Assembly (NCBI RefSeq): GCF_963921235.1
Contig: NC_086107.1
Coordinates: forward strand, 111,044,001-111,108,000
Direction: 5' to 3'
DNA: 64,000 nucleotides
Origin: Mobula hypostoma
Taxonomy: Eukaryota
Shown piece by piece: positions 40,291 through 53,789 of the stretch (its first letter is position 1; the number at the start of each line of letters is the position of its first letter). The notes under the pieces are model-generated. The model saw only the letters and a program-made list of their open reading frames with translations. It did not search any database and was not told where the DNA came from. Position numbers and translations under genes: made by a program.

Positions 40291-43200
40291 AGAAACATAG
40301 AACATAGAAGAGTACAGCACAGGAACAGGCCATTCGGCCCACAGTGTTGTGCTGTACCAGCTAAAAAGCAAATCAAAAACACCCAAACACTAATCCCTCC
40401 TACCTACACAATAGACAATAGACAATAGATGCAGGAGTAGGCCATTCAGCCCTTCGAGCCAGCACCACCATTCACTGTGATAGAAACATAGAAACATAGA
40501 AAATAGGTGCAGGAGTAGGCCATTCGGCCCTTCGAGCCTGCACCACCATTTATTATGATCATGGCTGATCATCCAACTCAGAACCCCGCCCCAGCCTTCC
40601 CTCCATACCCCCTGATCCCCGTAGCCACAAGGGCCATATCTAACTCCCTCTTAAGTATAGCCAATGAACTGGCCTCAACTGTTTCCTGTGGCAGAGAATT
40701 CCACAGATTCACCACTCTCTGTGTGAAGAAGTTTTTCCTAATCTCGGTCCTAAAAGGCTTCCCCTTTATCCTCAAACTGTGATCCTTCGTTCGTCCCCAA
40801 CATCGGGAACAATCTTCCTGCATCTAACCTGTCCAATCCCTTTAGGATTTTATACGTTTCAATCAGATCCCCCCTCAATCTTCTAAATTCCAACGAGTAC
40901 AAGCCCAGTTCATCCAGTCTTTCTTCATATGAAAGTCCTGCCATCCCAGGAATCAATCTGGTGAACCTTCTTTGTACTCCCTCTATGGCAAGGATGTCTT
41001 TCCTCAGATTAGGGGACCAAAACTGCACACAATACTCCAGGTGTGGTCTCACCAAGGCCTTGTACAACTGCAGTAGTACCTCCCTGCTCCTGTACTCGAA
41101 TCCTCTCGCTATAAGTGCCAGCATACCATTTGCCTTTTTCACCGCCTGCTGTACCTGCATGCCCACTTTCAATGACTGGTGTATAAGGACACCCAGGTCT
41201 CGTTGCACCTCCCCTTCTCCTAATCGGCCACCATTCAGATAATAATCTGTTTTCCTATTTTTGCCACCAAAGTGGATAACTTCACATTTATCCACATTAA
41301 ATTGCATCTGCCATGAATTTGCCCACTCACCCAACCTATCCAAGTCACTCTGCATCCTCTTAGCATCCTCCTCACAGCTAACACTGCCACCCAGCTTTGT
41401 GTCATCCGCAAACTTGGAGATGCTGCATTTAATTCCCTCATCCAAGTCATTAATATATATTGTAAACAACTGGGGTCCCAGCACTGAGCCTTGCGGTACC
41501 CCACTAGTCACCGCCTGCCATTCTGAAAAGGTCCTGTTTATTCCCACTCTTTGCTTCCTGTCTGCTAACCAATTCTCCACCCACACCAATACCTTACCCC
41601 CAATACCGTGTGCTTTAAGTTTGCACACTAATCTCCTGTGTGGGACCTTGTCAAAAGCCTTTTGAAGATCCAAATATACCACATCCACTGGTTCTCCCCT
41701 ATCTACTCTACTAGTTACATCCTCAAAAAATTCTATGAGATTCGTCAGACATGATTTTCCTTTCACAAATCCATGCTGACTTTGTCCGATCATTTCACCG
41801 CTTTCCAAATGTGCTGTTATCACATCCTTGATAACTGACTCCAGCAGTTTCCCCACTACCGACGTTAGGCTAACCGGTCTATAATTCCCCGGTTTCTCTC
41901 TCCCTCCTTTTTTAAAAAGTGGGGTTACATTAGCCACCCTCCAATCCTCAGGAACTAGTCCAGAATCTAATGAGTTTTGAAAAATTATCACTAATGCATC
42001 CACTATTTCTTGGGCTACTTCCTTAAGCACTCTAGGATGCAGACCATCTGGCCCTGGGGATTTATCTGCCTTCAATCCCTTCAATTTACCTAACACCACT
42101 TCCCTACTAACAAGTATTTCACTCAGTTCCTCCATCTCACTGGACCCTCTGTCCCCTACTATTTCTGGAAGATTATTTATGTCCTCCTTAGTGAAGACAG
42201 AACCAAAGTAATTATTCAATTGGTCTGCCATGTCCTTGCTCCCCATAATCAATTCACCTGTTTCTGTCTGTAGGGGAACTACATTTGTCTTTACCAGTCT
42301 TTTCCTTTTTACATATCTATAAAAGCTTTTACAGTCCGTTTTTATGTTCCCTGCCGGTTTTCTCTCATAATCTTTTTTCCCCTTCCTAATTAAGCCCTTT
42401 TTCCTCCTCTGCTGAACTCTGAATTTCTCCCAGTCTTCAGGTGAGCCACTTTCTCTGGCTAATTTGTATGCTTCTTCTTTGGAACTGATACTATCCCTAA
42501 TTTCTCTTGTCAGCCACGGGTGCACTACCTTCCTTGATTTATTCTTTTGCCAAACTGGGATGAACAATTGTTGTAGTTCATCCATGCAACCTTTAAATGC
42601 TTGCCATTGCATATCCACCGTCAATCCTTTAAGTGTCATTTGCCAGTCTATCTTAGCTAATTCACGTCTCATACCTTCAAAGTTACCCCTCTTTAAGTTC
42701 AGAACCTTTGTTTCTGAATTAACTATGTCACTCTCCATCTTAATGAAGAATTCCACCATATTATGGTCACTCTTACCCAAGGGGCCTCTCACAACAAGAT
42801 TGCTAATTAACCCTTCCTCATTGCTCAAAACCCAGTCCAGAATAGCCTGCTCTCTAGTTGGTTCCTCGACATGTTGGTTCAAAAAACCATCCCGCATACA
42901 TTCCAAGAAATCCTCTTCCTCAGCACCTTTACCAATTTGGTTCACCCAATCTACATGTAGATTGAAGTCACCCATTATAACTGCTGTTCCTTTATTGCAC
43001 ACATTTCTAATTTCCTGTTTAATACCATCTCTGACCTCACTACTACTGTTAGGTGGCCTGTACACAACTCCCACCAGCGTCTTCTGCCCCTTAGTGTTAT
43101 GCAGCTCTACTCATATCGATTCCACATCTTCCCGGCTTATGTCCTTCCTTTCTATTGCATTAATCTCTTCTTTAACCAGCAACGCCACCCCACCTCCCCT

Positions 43201-44310
43201 TCCTTCATGTCTATCCCTCCTGAATATTGAATATCCCTGAACGTTGAGCTCCCATCCTTGGTCACCCTGGAGCCATGTCTCTGTGATCCCAACTATATCA
43301 TAATCATTAATAACAATCTGTACTTTCAATTCATCCACCTTATTACGAATGCTCCTTGCATTGACACACAAAGCCTTCAGGCGCTCTTTTACAACTCTCT
43401 TAGCCCTTATACAATTATGTTGAAAAGTGGCCCTCTTTAATGCTTGCCCTGGATTTGTCGGCCTGCCACTTTTACTCTTCTCCTTAGTACTTTTTGCTTC
43501 TACCCTCACTTTACACCCCTCTGTCTCTCTGCACTGGTTCCCATCCCCCTGTTGTGAACTAACCTCCTCACGCCTAGCCTCATCCACAATCAGTACCCTT
43601 TTCCTGCCTTCTCCCCATATCCCTTCACTCCGCAATCTTTAAGAGCTCTATCTATCTCTTTTTTGAAAGAATCCAGAGAATTGGCCTCCACTGCCTTCTG
43701 AGGCAGAGCATTCCACAGATCCACAACCCTCTGTGTGAAAAAGTTTTTCCTCAACTCCGTTCTAAATGGCCTACCCCTTATTCTTAAACTGTGGCCTCTG
43801 GTTCTGGACTCCCCCAATATTGGGAACATGTTTCCTGCCTCTAGCGTGTCCAATCCCTTAATAATCTTATATGTTTCAATCAGATCCCCTCTCATCCTTC
43901 TAAATTCCAGTGTATACACCGTGTCCATATCCTTCCATCTTCCTTAAATCTAAGTGCCTATCCAAACATCTCTTAAAAGCCTTTAAAGTAGTTGCTTCTA
44001 CCACTGAACCAAGCAGTGCATTCCACTCTGAGTAAAAATCTTACTCCTCACATCCCCCTTGAACCTACCCCCCTCTCGCCTTCAATGCATGCCCTCTGAT
44101 ATTAGACATTTCAATCCTGGGAAAAAGATACTCTCTGTTCATTCCGTCTACACCTCTCACAATCTTACAAACCACCTCAATCAGATCCCCCCTCAGCCTT
44201 TGGCACTCCAGAGAAAACAGCCCAAGTTTATCCAGCTTCTCGTGACAGCGCATGCCCTCTAAACCAGGCAGCATCTTGGTAAGCCTCTTCTGCACCCTCT
44301 CCAAAGCCTC
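40291..44310 (-). mobile_element. Three-level nested CR1 cluster
   Basis: Three consecutive CR1 tails at 40291, 40409 and 40480. Their interrupted bodies resume at about 43917 and 43580. Confidence 0.8.
40480..43580 (-). mobile_element. Young CR1 LINE with near-complete ORF2 (APE endonuclease + RT), same family as 18025-19848
   Basis: APE motifs NARSIRNK, VGITETWL, VYRPP, GDFN and SDH, plus RT FADD. There is one in-frame stop at 43111-43113 and a small deletion/frameshift near 40793. Confidence 0.95.
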
Positions 44311-45386
44311 AAAATTCAAGAGTGAAGACATTGAAAGGGAATTCTGGTTCCACCAAAGGTGCAAGGCAAGGTTTTGGTGCTCAGCGTGAGTACTGCGCAG
44401 GGCGAGGCGCAGAACAGAGTGTGACATTCTGACCACCAGGGTTTGTGGTGTGTCTAGTTTACAACATTGTTTCTCAGCCTTCAACATTGTCGAAGCTGCT
44501 GTATCTGTCGGGGACCATCAACAATTATTTTGCAAGCCTGAAAAATTCACTGACAGTGAAGCCTGTCTATAGTGTTAGGTCGATGGGATGAGGCAGAATA
44601 ATAGATAGGATCATAGACTGAATGGGCCGAAGGGTCTGTTCTGTAGTGCTCCATGACTCTATTACTGTCAACACTGGTATAAATTGCAGTGGTAAACAGG
44701 GACGTCTTATCCACTAATGATTACAAATGGTAGTAACTGGTGTCGTGAGATCCACAAAGATGAGAAGAACCCTTTTCTCTGTGATAAATGCATAGTTTAA
44801 CTTTGCCGCAATATTTTACCCTGCCTTGTGTTGTCAGATTTCTGGCTTATTGCCTTCACAAGCCAGACCATCAAGATGCACAGAAGCCTGGCCACAGGAA
44901 CCTTTGGGAGACCTGTTTTGAAACTTTACGAGCTAGAGTGACACTCCGCTATTGCAGGATGTGGCATTCAGTTAGCCTGACATCAGTGGTCGGGGAAATG
45001 CTGAAATCTATTATTAAGGAAGTAATAACAATGCACTTAGAAAATAATAATAGGACTAGCAGTTTCAACATGAAACTGGAAGGGAAGTCATATCTGACAA
45101 ATCAATTAGAGCTTTTCTGTGGCTATAACTTGCAGAATAAATAAATAAGACTATAAAACATAGGAACAAAATTAGACCATTTGGCCTATCAAATCTATTC
45201 TACCATTCCATCATGGTTGATCTTCCCTCCCAACCCATTCTCCCACTTTCTCCCCATATCCTTTGATGCCTTTACTAATCGAAAATCTACCAACCTCCAC
45301 TTTAAATATGCCCAATGACTCGGCCCCGAAGGCCACCTGTTGCAATGAATTCCACAGATTCACCACCCTCTGGCTAAAGAAATTCC

Positions 45387-47616
45387 ATAGAACCATAGAA
45401 ACTACAGCACAGAAACAGGCCCTTTGGCCCTTCTTGGCTGTGCCGAACCATTTTCTGCCTAGTCCCACTGACCTGCACACGGACCATATCCCTCCATACA
45501 CCTCCCATCCATGTATCTGTCCAATTTATTCTTAAATGTTAAAAAAGAACCCGCATTTACCACCTCGTCTGGCAGCTCATTCCACACTCCCACCACTCTC
45601 TGTGTGAAGAAGCCCCCCCTAATGTTCCCTTTAAACTTTTCCCCCCTCACCCTTAACCCTTGTCCTTTGGTTTTTTTCTCCCCTTGCCTCAGTGGAAAAA
45701 GCCTGCTTGCATTCACCCTATCTATACCCATCATAATTTTATATACCTCTATCAAATCTCCCCTCATTCTTCTATGCTCCAGGGAATAAAGTCCTAACCT
45801 ATTCAACCCTTCTCTGTAACTGAGTTTCTCAAGTCCCGGCAACATTCTTGTAAACCTTCTCTGCACCCTTTCAACCTTATTTATATCCTTCCTGTAATTT
45901 GGTGACCAAAACTGAACACAATACTCCAGATTCGGCCTCACCAATGCCTTATACAACCTCATCATAACATCCTAGCTCTTATACTCAATACTTTGATTAA
46001 TAAAGGCCAATGTACCAAAAGGTCTCTTTACGACCCTGTCTACCTGTGACGACACTTTTAGGGAATTTTGTATCTGTATTCCCAGATCCCTCTGTTCCAC
46101 TGCACTCCTCAGTGCCTTACCATTAACCCTGTATGTTCTACGTTGGTTTGTCCTTCCAACGTGCAATACCTCACACTTGTCAGTATTAAACTCCATCTGC
46201 CATTTTTCAGCCCATTATTCCAGCTGGTCCAAGTCCCTCTGCAGGCTCTGAAAACCTTCCTCACTGTCTACTACACCTCCAATCTTCGTATCATCAGCAA
46301 ACTTGCTGATCCAATTTACCACATTATCATCCAGATCATTGATATAGATGACAAATAACAATGGACCCAGCACTGATCCCTGTGGCACACCACTAGTCAC
46401 AGGCCTCCACTCAGAGAAGCAATTCTCTACCACCACTCTCTGGCTTCTTCCATCGAGCCAATGTCTAATCCAATTTACCACCTCTCCATGTATACCTAGC
46501 GACTGAATTTTCCTAACTAACCTCCCATGCGGGACCTTGTCAAAGGCCTTACTGAAGTCCATGTAGACAATATCCACTGCCTTCCCTTCATCCACTTTCC
46601 TGGTAACCTCCTCGAAAAACTCCAACAGATTGGTCAAACATGACCTACCACGCTCAAAGCCATGTTGACTCTCCCTAATAAGCCCCTGTCTATCCAAATG
46701 CTTGTAGATTCTGTCTCTTAGTACTCCCTCCAATAACTTACCTACTACTGACGTTAAACTCACCAGCCTATAATTTCCCGGATTACTTTTCGATCCTTTT
46801 TTAAACAACGGAACAACATGAGCCACTCTCCAATCCTCCGGCACTTCACCTGTAGACAGTGACATTTTAAATATTTCTGCCAGGGCCCCCGCAATTTCAA
46901 CACTAGTCTCCTTCAAGGTCCGAGGGAACACTCTGTCAGGCCCCGGGGATTTATCCACTTTAATTTTCCTCAAGACAGCAAGCACCTCCTCCTTTTCAAT
47001 CTGTACAGTTTCCATGGTCTCACTACTTGATTCCCTCAATTCCATAGATTTCATGCCAGCTTCCTTAGTAAATACAGACGCAAAAAACCTATTTAAGATC
47101 TCCCCCATTTCCTTTGGTTCCGCACAAAGCCGACCACTCTATCTTCAAGAGGACCAATTTTATCCCTTACAATCCTTTTGCTCTTAATATACTTGTAAAA
47201 GCTCTTTGGATTATCCTTCACTTTGACTGCCAAGGCAACTTCATGTCTTCTTTTTGCCCTCCTGATTTCTTTCTTAAGTATTTTCTTGCACTTCTTATAC
47301 TCCTCAAGCACCTGATTTACCCCGTTTCCTATACATTTCATACAACTCCCTCTTCTTCTTTATCAGAGTTGCAATATCTCTTGAGAACCAAGGTTCCTTA
47401 TTCCTATTCAATTTGCCTTTAATCCTGACAGAAACATACAAACTCTGCACTCTCAAAATTTCCCCTTTGAAGGCTTCCCACCTACCAATCACATCTTTGC
47501 CAGAGAACAACCTGTCCCAATCCACGCTTTTTAGATCCTTTCTCATTTCTTCAAATTTGGCCTTCTTCCAGTTCAGAACCTCAACCCTAGGACCAGATCT
47601 ATCCTTGTCCATGATC
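45387..47616 (-). mobile_element. CR1 LINE (second family), 5'-truncated, with stops and frameshifts, inserted into an older CR1 fragment
   Basis: RT ORFs 46215-47108, 45972-46196 and 45459-45965. AAATTCC is duplicated at 45380-45386 and 47617-47623. The host CR1 spans about 45145-47890. Confidence 0.93.
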
Positions 47617-48454
47617 AAATTCCTCCTCATCTCTGTTCTAAAGGGACATCCTCCTATTCTGAGGCTGTGCCCTATGGTCCTCGACTCCTCCGCTATAGGA
47701 AACATCCTCTTCACTTCCACTCTATCTAGGCCTTTCAATATTCAGTAGGTTTCAATGAGACCCTCCCTCGTTCTTCTAAACTCCAGCGAGTACAGGTTCA
47801 GAGCCATCAAGTGGGCCTCATGCATTAACTCTTTCGTTCCCAGGATCATTCTCATAAATCTTTTCATTCCTGCGATCATTCTTGTAAGCCATTAGACAGT
47901 GTTTTTAGATTGTCAGGATTATTTCATAAAGTATAACATGGCATTATTAAACAAACGCGGTGTTCTTGGTGATATACTGCTGTTGATGGGTTAATGGACA
48001 GAAAGTATCAAAGGAATACCGTAAATGGGCATTTTTTGTGTTGCAACTGGTGGGATGCCACAGGAATCAGTTCAGGGGCTCTAAAAGGGCTAAGAATGAT
48101 TGAGGCAATATTACAGTGTAATACATTGAAAAAAACTATGTTACAATAAAAATATATAAGTCTTGAAAAGTAGTGCAAAAAGAGAACAAAAATAGTGAGA
48201 TAGTGTTCAAGAGTTCGAGGATCGTTTGGAAATCTGATGACGGAGGGGAAGAATCTGTTTCTAAAACTCTGAGTGTGTGTCTTCAGCCTCCTGTACCCCC
48301 CTCCTTGATGGTAGCAATGAGAAGAGGGCATGTCCTGGGTGGTGGCGGGGTGGGGGGGGTCCTTACTGATGGTTGCTGCCTTTTTGAGAAACATCTTTTG
48401 AAGATGTCCTTGGTGGGGAGGCTAATGCCCGTGACCATTCTGGCTATCCTCCAC

Positions 48455-48938
48455 TGACCTCTCTCATTAACAAGGATATTTTTGTGCATTCAGAGATGTT
48501 TTTCACTGTTGCAACACGTGGTTATTTGAGTTACTGTCATCTTCCTGTCAATTTGAAACCTGTCTAACCGTTCTTCTCTGACCTCTCTCATTAACAAAGT
48601 ATTTTCACCCATCGAGCTGCTGCTCACTTGATTTTTTTTGCACCATTCTCTATAAACTCTATAGACTTCTGTGCATGAAAATCTCAGGAGATCAGAAGTT
48701 TCTGAGATACTCAAATCACCCCGTAACACGGACATCCTTACCAATCAAGTCATTTTGGCACCAACAATCACTCGACAGTCACTCCACTCTTCCCCATTCT
48801 GATCTTTGGTCTGAACAATAACTGAACCTCTTGACCGTGTAACTTAATGCACTAAGTTACAGCCACATGATTGGCTGATTAGATACTTGCATTAGCAAGC
48901 AGGTATACTGGTGTACCTAATAAAGTGGCCACTGACTG
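48455..48938 (-). mobile_element. Tc1 derivative with a transposase N-terminal remnant
   Basis: ORF 48490-48744 (LSISETSDLLRFS..VYRVYREW...DRKMTVTQITT), with the TIR at 48917-48938. Confidence 0.8.
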
Positions 48939-49031
48939 TATATTGTCCAGTAACAGCAGTCAATTCAATGAGGGTTAACATGCTTGGTGAGCTGTAGAGA
49001 CGGCCGAGGAAGGCGTGGGAATTTCTGTTGA

Positions 49032-49307
<276 letters not shown>

Positions 49308-49329
49308 TGAGTGTGGTAAACCATATATA

Positions 49330-49539
49330 TGTTGTAACTGGGTTAACTGTCTGGACACGCCCCTCTGCTGACTGCCCCTGTGGCTCCTCCCACAGTTCCC
49401 TGAATAAAGGTGATTTCGCCTTGCCCCTCCCCTTCAGTCCGGGAGCAGACACTCAGCATGGAGGTCGTATTCTACTGCGAATAAAAGCCTTTCAGTATTT
49501 ACCCCACTTCAGTCTTTTGGAATTATTGAAGGTGCTTCA
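49330..49539 (+). mobile_element. Possible short solo LTR
   Basis: TGTTGTAAC...TTCA boundaries with an internal AATAAA. No TSD was found. Confidence 0.35.
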
Positions 49540-49655
49540 CTGAGAATACAGAATGACCCAGATAGAGTGGTAGTGGAGGCAATGTTTCTAATGGTGGGAG
49601 AGTCTAGAACCAAAGGGTGCACCTTCAGAATACAAAGACGTCTCTTTAGAATGGA

Positions 49656-49849
49656 AACACGAGGAAATCTGCAGATGCTGGAAATTCAAGCAACACACAC
49701 AAAAATTGCTGGTGAACGCAGCAGGCCAGGCAGCATCTATAGGAAGAGGAACAGTCGATATTAAGGGCCGAGGGTTTCGGCCTGTAACGTTGACTATACC
49801 TCTTTCTATAGATGCTGCCTGGCCTGCTGCGTTCACCAGCATTTTTTTG
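49656..49849. mobile_element. Fold-back Penelope-terminus derivative with a 13-bp TSD
   Basis: TCTTTAGAATGGA at 49643-49655 and 49850-49862. Inverted arms at about 49700-49770 and 49776-49849. Inserted into a CR1 fragment. Confidence 0.8.
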
Positions 49850-50129
49850 TCTTTAGAATGGAGATGAAGAAGATTTTCTTTAGCCAGAGGGTGATAAATT
49901 GGTGGAATTCATTGCCACAGATGGCTATTCAAAATGGAGGCTAATAGGTCCTTGATTAGTAAGGGTGTCACAGTTACGGGGAGAAAGCAGGAGAGTAAAT
50001 AAAAATCAGAATCAGATTTTATATCACTGACATACCTGTATGTTATGAAATTTGTTGTTTTGCAGCAGCAGTACAGTGCAATACTTAAAAAGACTATAAA
50101 TTCCAATTGTTTATGTATGTATATATATA

Positions 50130-50375
50130 GCCGGCTGGTGGCGCAGTGACATCAGCGCCGGACTCCGGAGCGAAAGTTCCCGAGTTCGAGTCCAGTCGGG
50201 CCGCTCCCGGGCATGCTTTCCATCCGTGCCGGGTTGAGTGTCGAGCTCACAATTCGGCCTTGTAATAAAAACTGCGCTGTGAGAAGGGCGTGGGGGACCT
50301 CTCACAGAATCTTTCCTCCAAGACAACCACTCGAAAAGTGATTGCCGAGGCTCTGGCAGAGTATGGCGCGCGCGC
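50130..50375 (+). mobile_element. CpG-rich tRNA-derived SINE of a different family
   Basis: A box TGGCGCAGTGA and B box GAGTTCGAGTCC. Ends in (CG)n(CA)n. Confidence 0.7.
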
Positions 50376-50385
50376 GCGCACACAC

Positions 50386-50438
<53 letters not shown>

Positions 50439-50829
50439 TAAATAAATGTAAATCTAATGACAGAGGGGAAGGAACTATTCCTAAAACATTGAGTGTGTGC
50501 CTTCAGGCTCCTGTACCTCCTCTCTGATGGAATCAATGAGACTACGGCATGTCCTGGGTGATGGGGTCCTTAATGATGGATGCCACCTTTTTTTGGGCAT
50601 CACCTTTTGAAGGGGTCCTGGGTGCTGGGGAGGCCGGTGCCCATGATGGAACTGGCTGAGCTTACAACTTTCTGCAACTTTTTCCAATGCTGTGCAGTGG
50701 CCCCTCCAAGCCAGATGGTGATGCAACCAGTGAAAATGATCTCCACGTTACACCTGCTACAGAGATAGGCAGGGAAAACAAATCAGCCATGACTGAGTGG
50801 TGGATTTGACTTGATGGGCCATGCGAAAC

Positions 50830-53515
50830 CATTTAAACTGCCTACTCCTATGGACCTGCACCAGGACCATAGCCTTCATACCACTGCTATCCATGCACTG
50901 ACCCAAACTTCTCTTAAATGTTGAAAGCAAGCTCCATGCACCACTTGCACTGGCAGCTCATTCCACACTCTCATTCCACGGTCACCCTTAATCCATGACT
51001 TCTAGTTGTAGTCCCACCCAACTTCAATGCAAGTCTGCTTGCATTTGCTCTATCTATACCCCTCATAATTTTGTATACCTCTCTTAAATCTCCTCTCAAT
51101 TTTCTACGCTCCAAGGAATAAAGTCCTAACCTGTTCTATCTTCCTTTGTAACTCAGGTCCTCCAGACCCAGCAACATCTTTGCAAACCTTTTTCTGAACT
51201 CTTTCAACCTTATTTAATTCCCTGGTTAAGATCTCTACTGCTGTGCTATGGGGTATTTTATTTTAGCAAGTTTCTGTGAAAGCAGTGTGTCCTGCTAGCG
51301 AGGTTGTTTTGGTTTTGGCTAAAGATAAGGAGCCATATTGTCCAACTTAGGATTGTTGTGTCAGCCAGTCAGGATGGTAGAATGGAGAGAAGATTCTAGA
51401 AAGAGCTGGGTGGAGAGAGATTTCTGATGGACAGAATCAGGCTCCTGGTCATTTGACAGGAGATGTGCAGAGGAATTTCCCCCGGGATCAATAAAGTATG
51501 ACTATGACTATGACTATGAGGAAAGGTTCAGGATAGATGCCCGGAGGATCCAATCCGAGGAGGGAGCCCCTAATAGAAAGAGTACTTTGCGAGACAAAGG
51601 AGTCCAAGAAGGGAAGTTCTACCTGAGATGGGTGATGAGAATTCAGCACCGTGAAGTGAAGCGATGCACCCATCCACTGCAGAAACAAGCTCCATCGTTT
51701 ATGTGCACATTTAAACTGGTTTAACTGTAATGGGATCTTTTATTTTTTATCTTCTTTTCTTTATTCTATTAACTGTTTGATAAAGCTGAAATTGGTGAAT
51801 ATACTTTCTTTATAATTTTATGCTGGTGTGCAATGTGTTATATCTTGGCGACCGATAATTGTGTATGGGCAGTATTTACTCTGCATTCACTCAAATCGAG
51901 GTTCCTTCAATAGGAATTCCCAACGTTCCTGTTTGCTCGAACCCTAAATCATACCAACCCTAGGTGTGCATTGTTTATGAAGGGTGCCCGTCTCACCGCT
52001 GAGTCACGTGGCTGTCAGCAGAGTTAGCTAACGAGCCAAGCTGGCATACAAGCTCTAGTGAGAGGGTTACACTTATTTACAACATTCCTGTACGTAGGTG
52101 ACCAAAACTGCACACAATACTCCAAATTAGGCCTCACCAATGTCTTGTACAACTTCAACATAACATCCTGTCTCCTGTACTCAGTACTTTGATTTATGAA
52201 GGCCAATGTGCCAAAAACTTTCTTTACGACCCTATCTACCTGTGATACTATTTTCAACGAATTATCGGCCTGTATTCCCAGATCCCTTAGCTCTACCACA
52301 CTCCTCAGTCCCCTTCTGTTCACTGTGTAAGTCCTTCCCTGGTTGGTCCTACCAAAGTGCAACATCTTGCACTTGCCTGTATTAAATTCCATCTGCCATT
52401 TTTTCAGCCCATCTTGCCAGATGATCCAGATCCCACCGCAAGCCACGATTGCCTTCCTCACTGTCCACTAGACCCCCAAATCTTGGTTAAAAGGTTCTAG
52501 TGAAAGGTTCGTTCTTCCAGCACAAGTGTTGCTTGCGAGCTCAATTTTAACATATAAAATCCCGCAAGTTAACCACGTTGTCATCTAGATCATTGATATG
52601 GATGACATAGGTTATAGGTATATAGGTTATAAGGAATCTGAGGGCCAGCCTGTACACCAAGAGTATGTATATGGAACAAGCTACCAGAGGCAGGTATATT
52701 AACAATATTTAAAAGACTTTTGGACAGGTCCAAGGATCGGAAGGGTTTAGAAGGATATGGGTCGAATCTGATCAAATGGGACTGCATTTAGAACATAGAA
52801 TAAAGCACACTACAGCACTGTACAGGCTTTTTGGCCCGTGATGTTGTGTCAACCAATTAACCTACTCTGAGATCTAATGTATCTGCCTCTGCCACTACCC
52901 CTGGCAGCATGTTCCACACACTCATCACTACAGGAGGATAGCAGATATGATGTTGAAATTGTTTAAGATATTTTGGTGAGGCCTAATTTGGAGTATTGTG
53001 TGCTGTTTTGGTCACCGACCTACAGGAAAATATAAATAAGGTTGAAAGAGTGCAGAGATAATTTACAAGGATGTTGCTGGGTCTTGAGGACTTGAGTTGT
53101 ATGGAAAGATTGGATAGGTTAAGACTTTATTCCTTGTAATATAGAAGATTGAGAGGAAATTTGATAGAGGGATACAAAATTATGAGGAGTATAGACAGGG
53201 TAAATGCAAGCAGGCTTTTTTTCACTGAGGTTGGGTAGGACTACAACCAGAGGTCATGGATTAAAGTAAAAGGTGAAATGTTTAAGGGGAACATGAGGGG
53301 AAACTTCTTCACTCAGAGGGTGGTGAGAGTGTGGAACAGGCTGCCAGTGCAAATGTGAGTCCAATTTCAACATTTATGAAAAGTTTGGATAGGTACATGG
53401 TTGAAAGGGGTATGGAGGGCTATGATCCCGGTGCAGGCCGATGAGAGTAGGCGGTTTAAATGGCTCGGTGTGGACTAGATGGGCCAAAGGGCCTGTTTCT
53501 GTGCCTCCATGATTC
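50830..53515. mobile_element. CR1 fragments (minus 50830-52485, split by a solo LTR; plus 52930-53515)
   Basis: ORF 52024-52461 (KWQMEFNTGKC...RPNLEYCVQFWSP). Confidence 0.8.
51213..52071 (+). mobile_element. Probable solo LTR (~860 bp)
   Basis: Ends in GGGTTACA. The left end TTTAATTCCC resembles a mutated TGTAA.CCC. CTTA flanks both sides (51209-51212 and 52072-52075) and the host CR1 is collinear across it. Strand is tentative. Confidence 0.6.
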
Positions 53516-53789
53516 TCTGTGTAAAAAACTTAACCCTGCCATTTCCCCTATGCTTCCTTCCCATTACCTTAAAATTGTGCCCCCTGGCGTTACCAATTTC
53601 CACCCTGGGAAAAGGTCCCTGGCTGTCCACTCAATCTATGCCTTTTATTATCTTGAATACCTCTATGATGGGCATTTCAGGTTGCATGAATGATTTGCTG
53701 GATTGCTCGATAACTGCACTTGTGCTATTTATCATACCAGTTTGAACTCACAAGTATGTATGTGTCTAATGTGGTGTCTGTCGGTTTGG

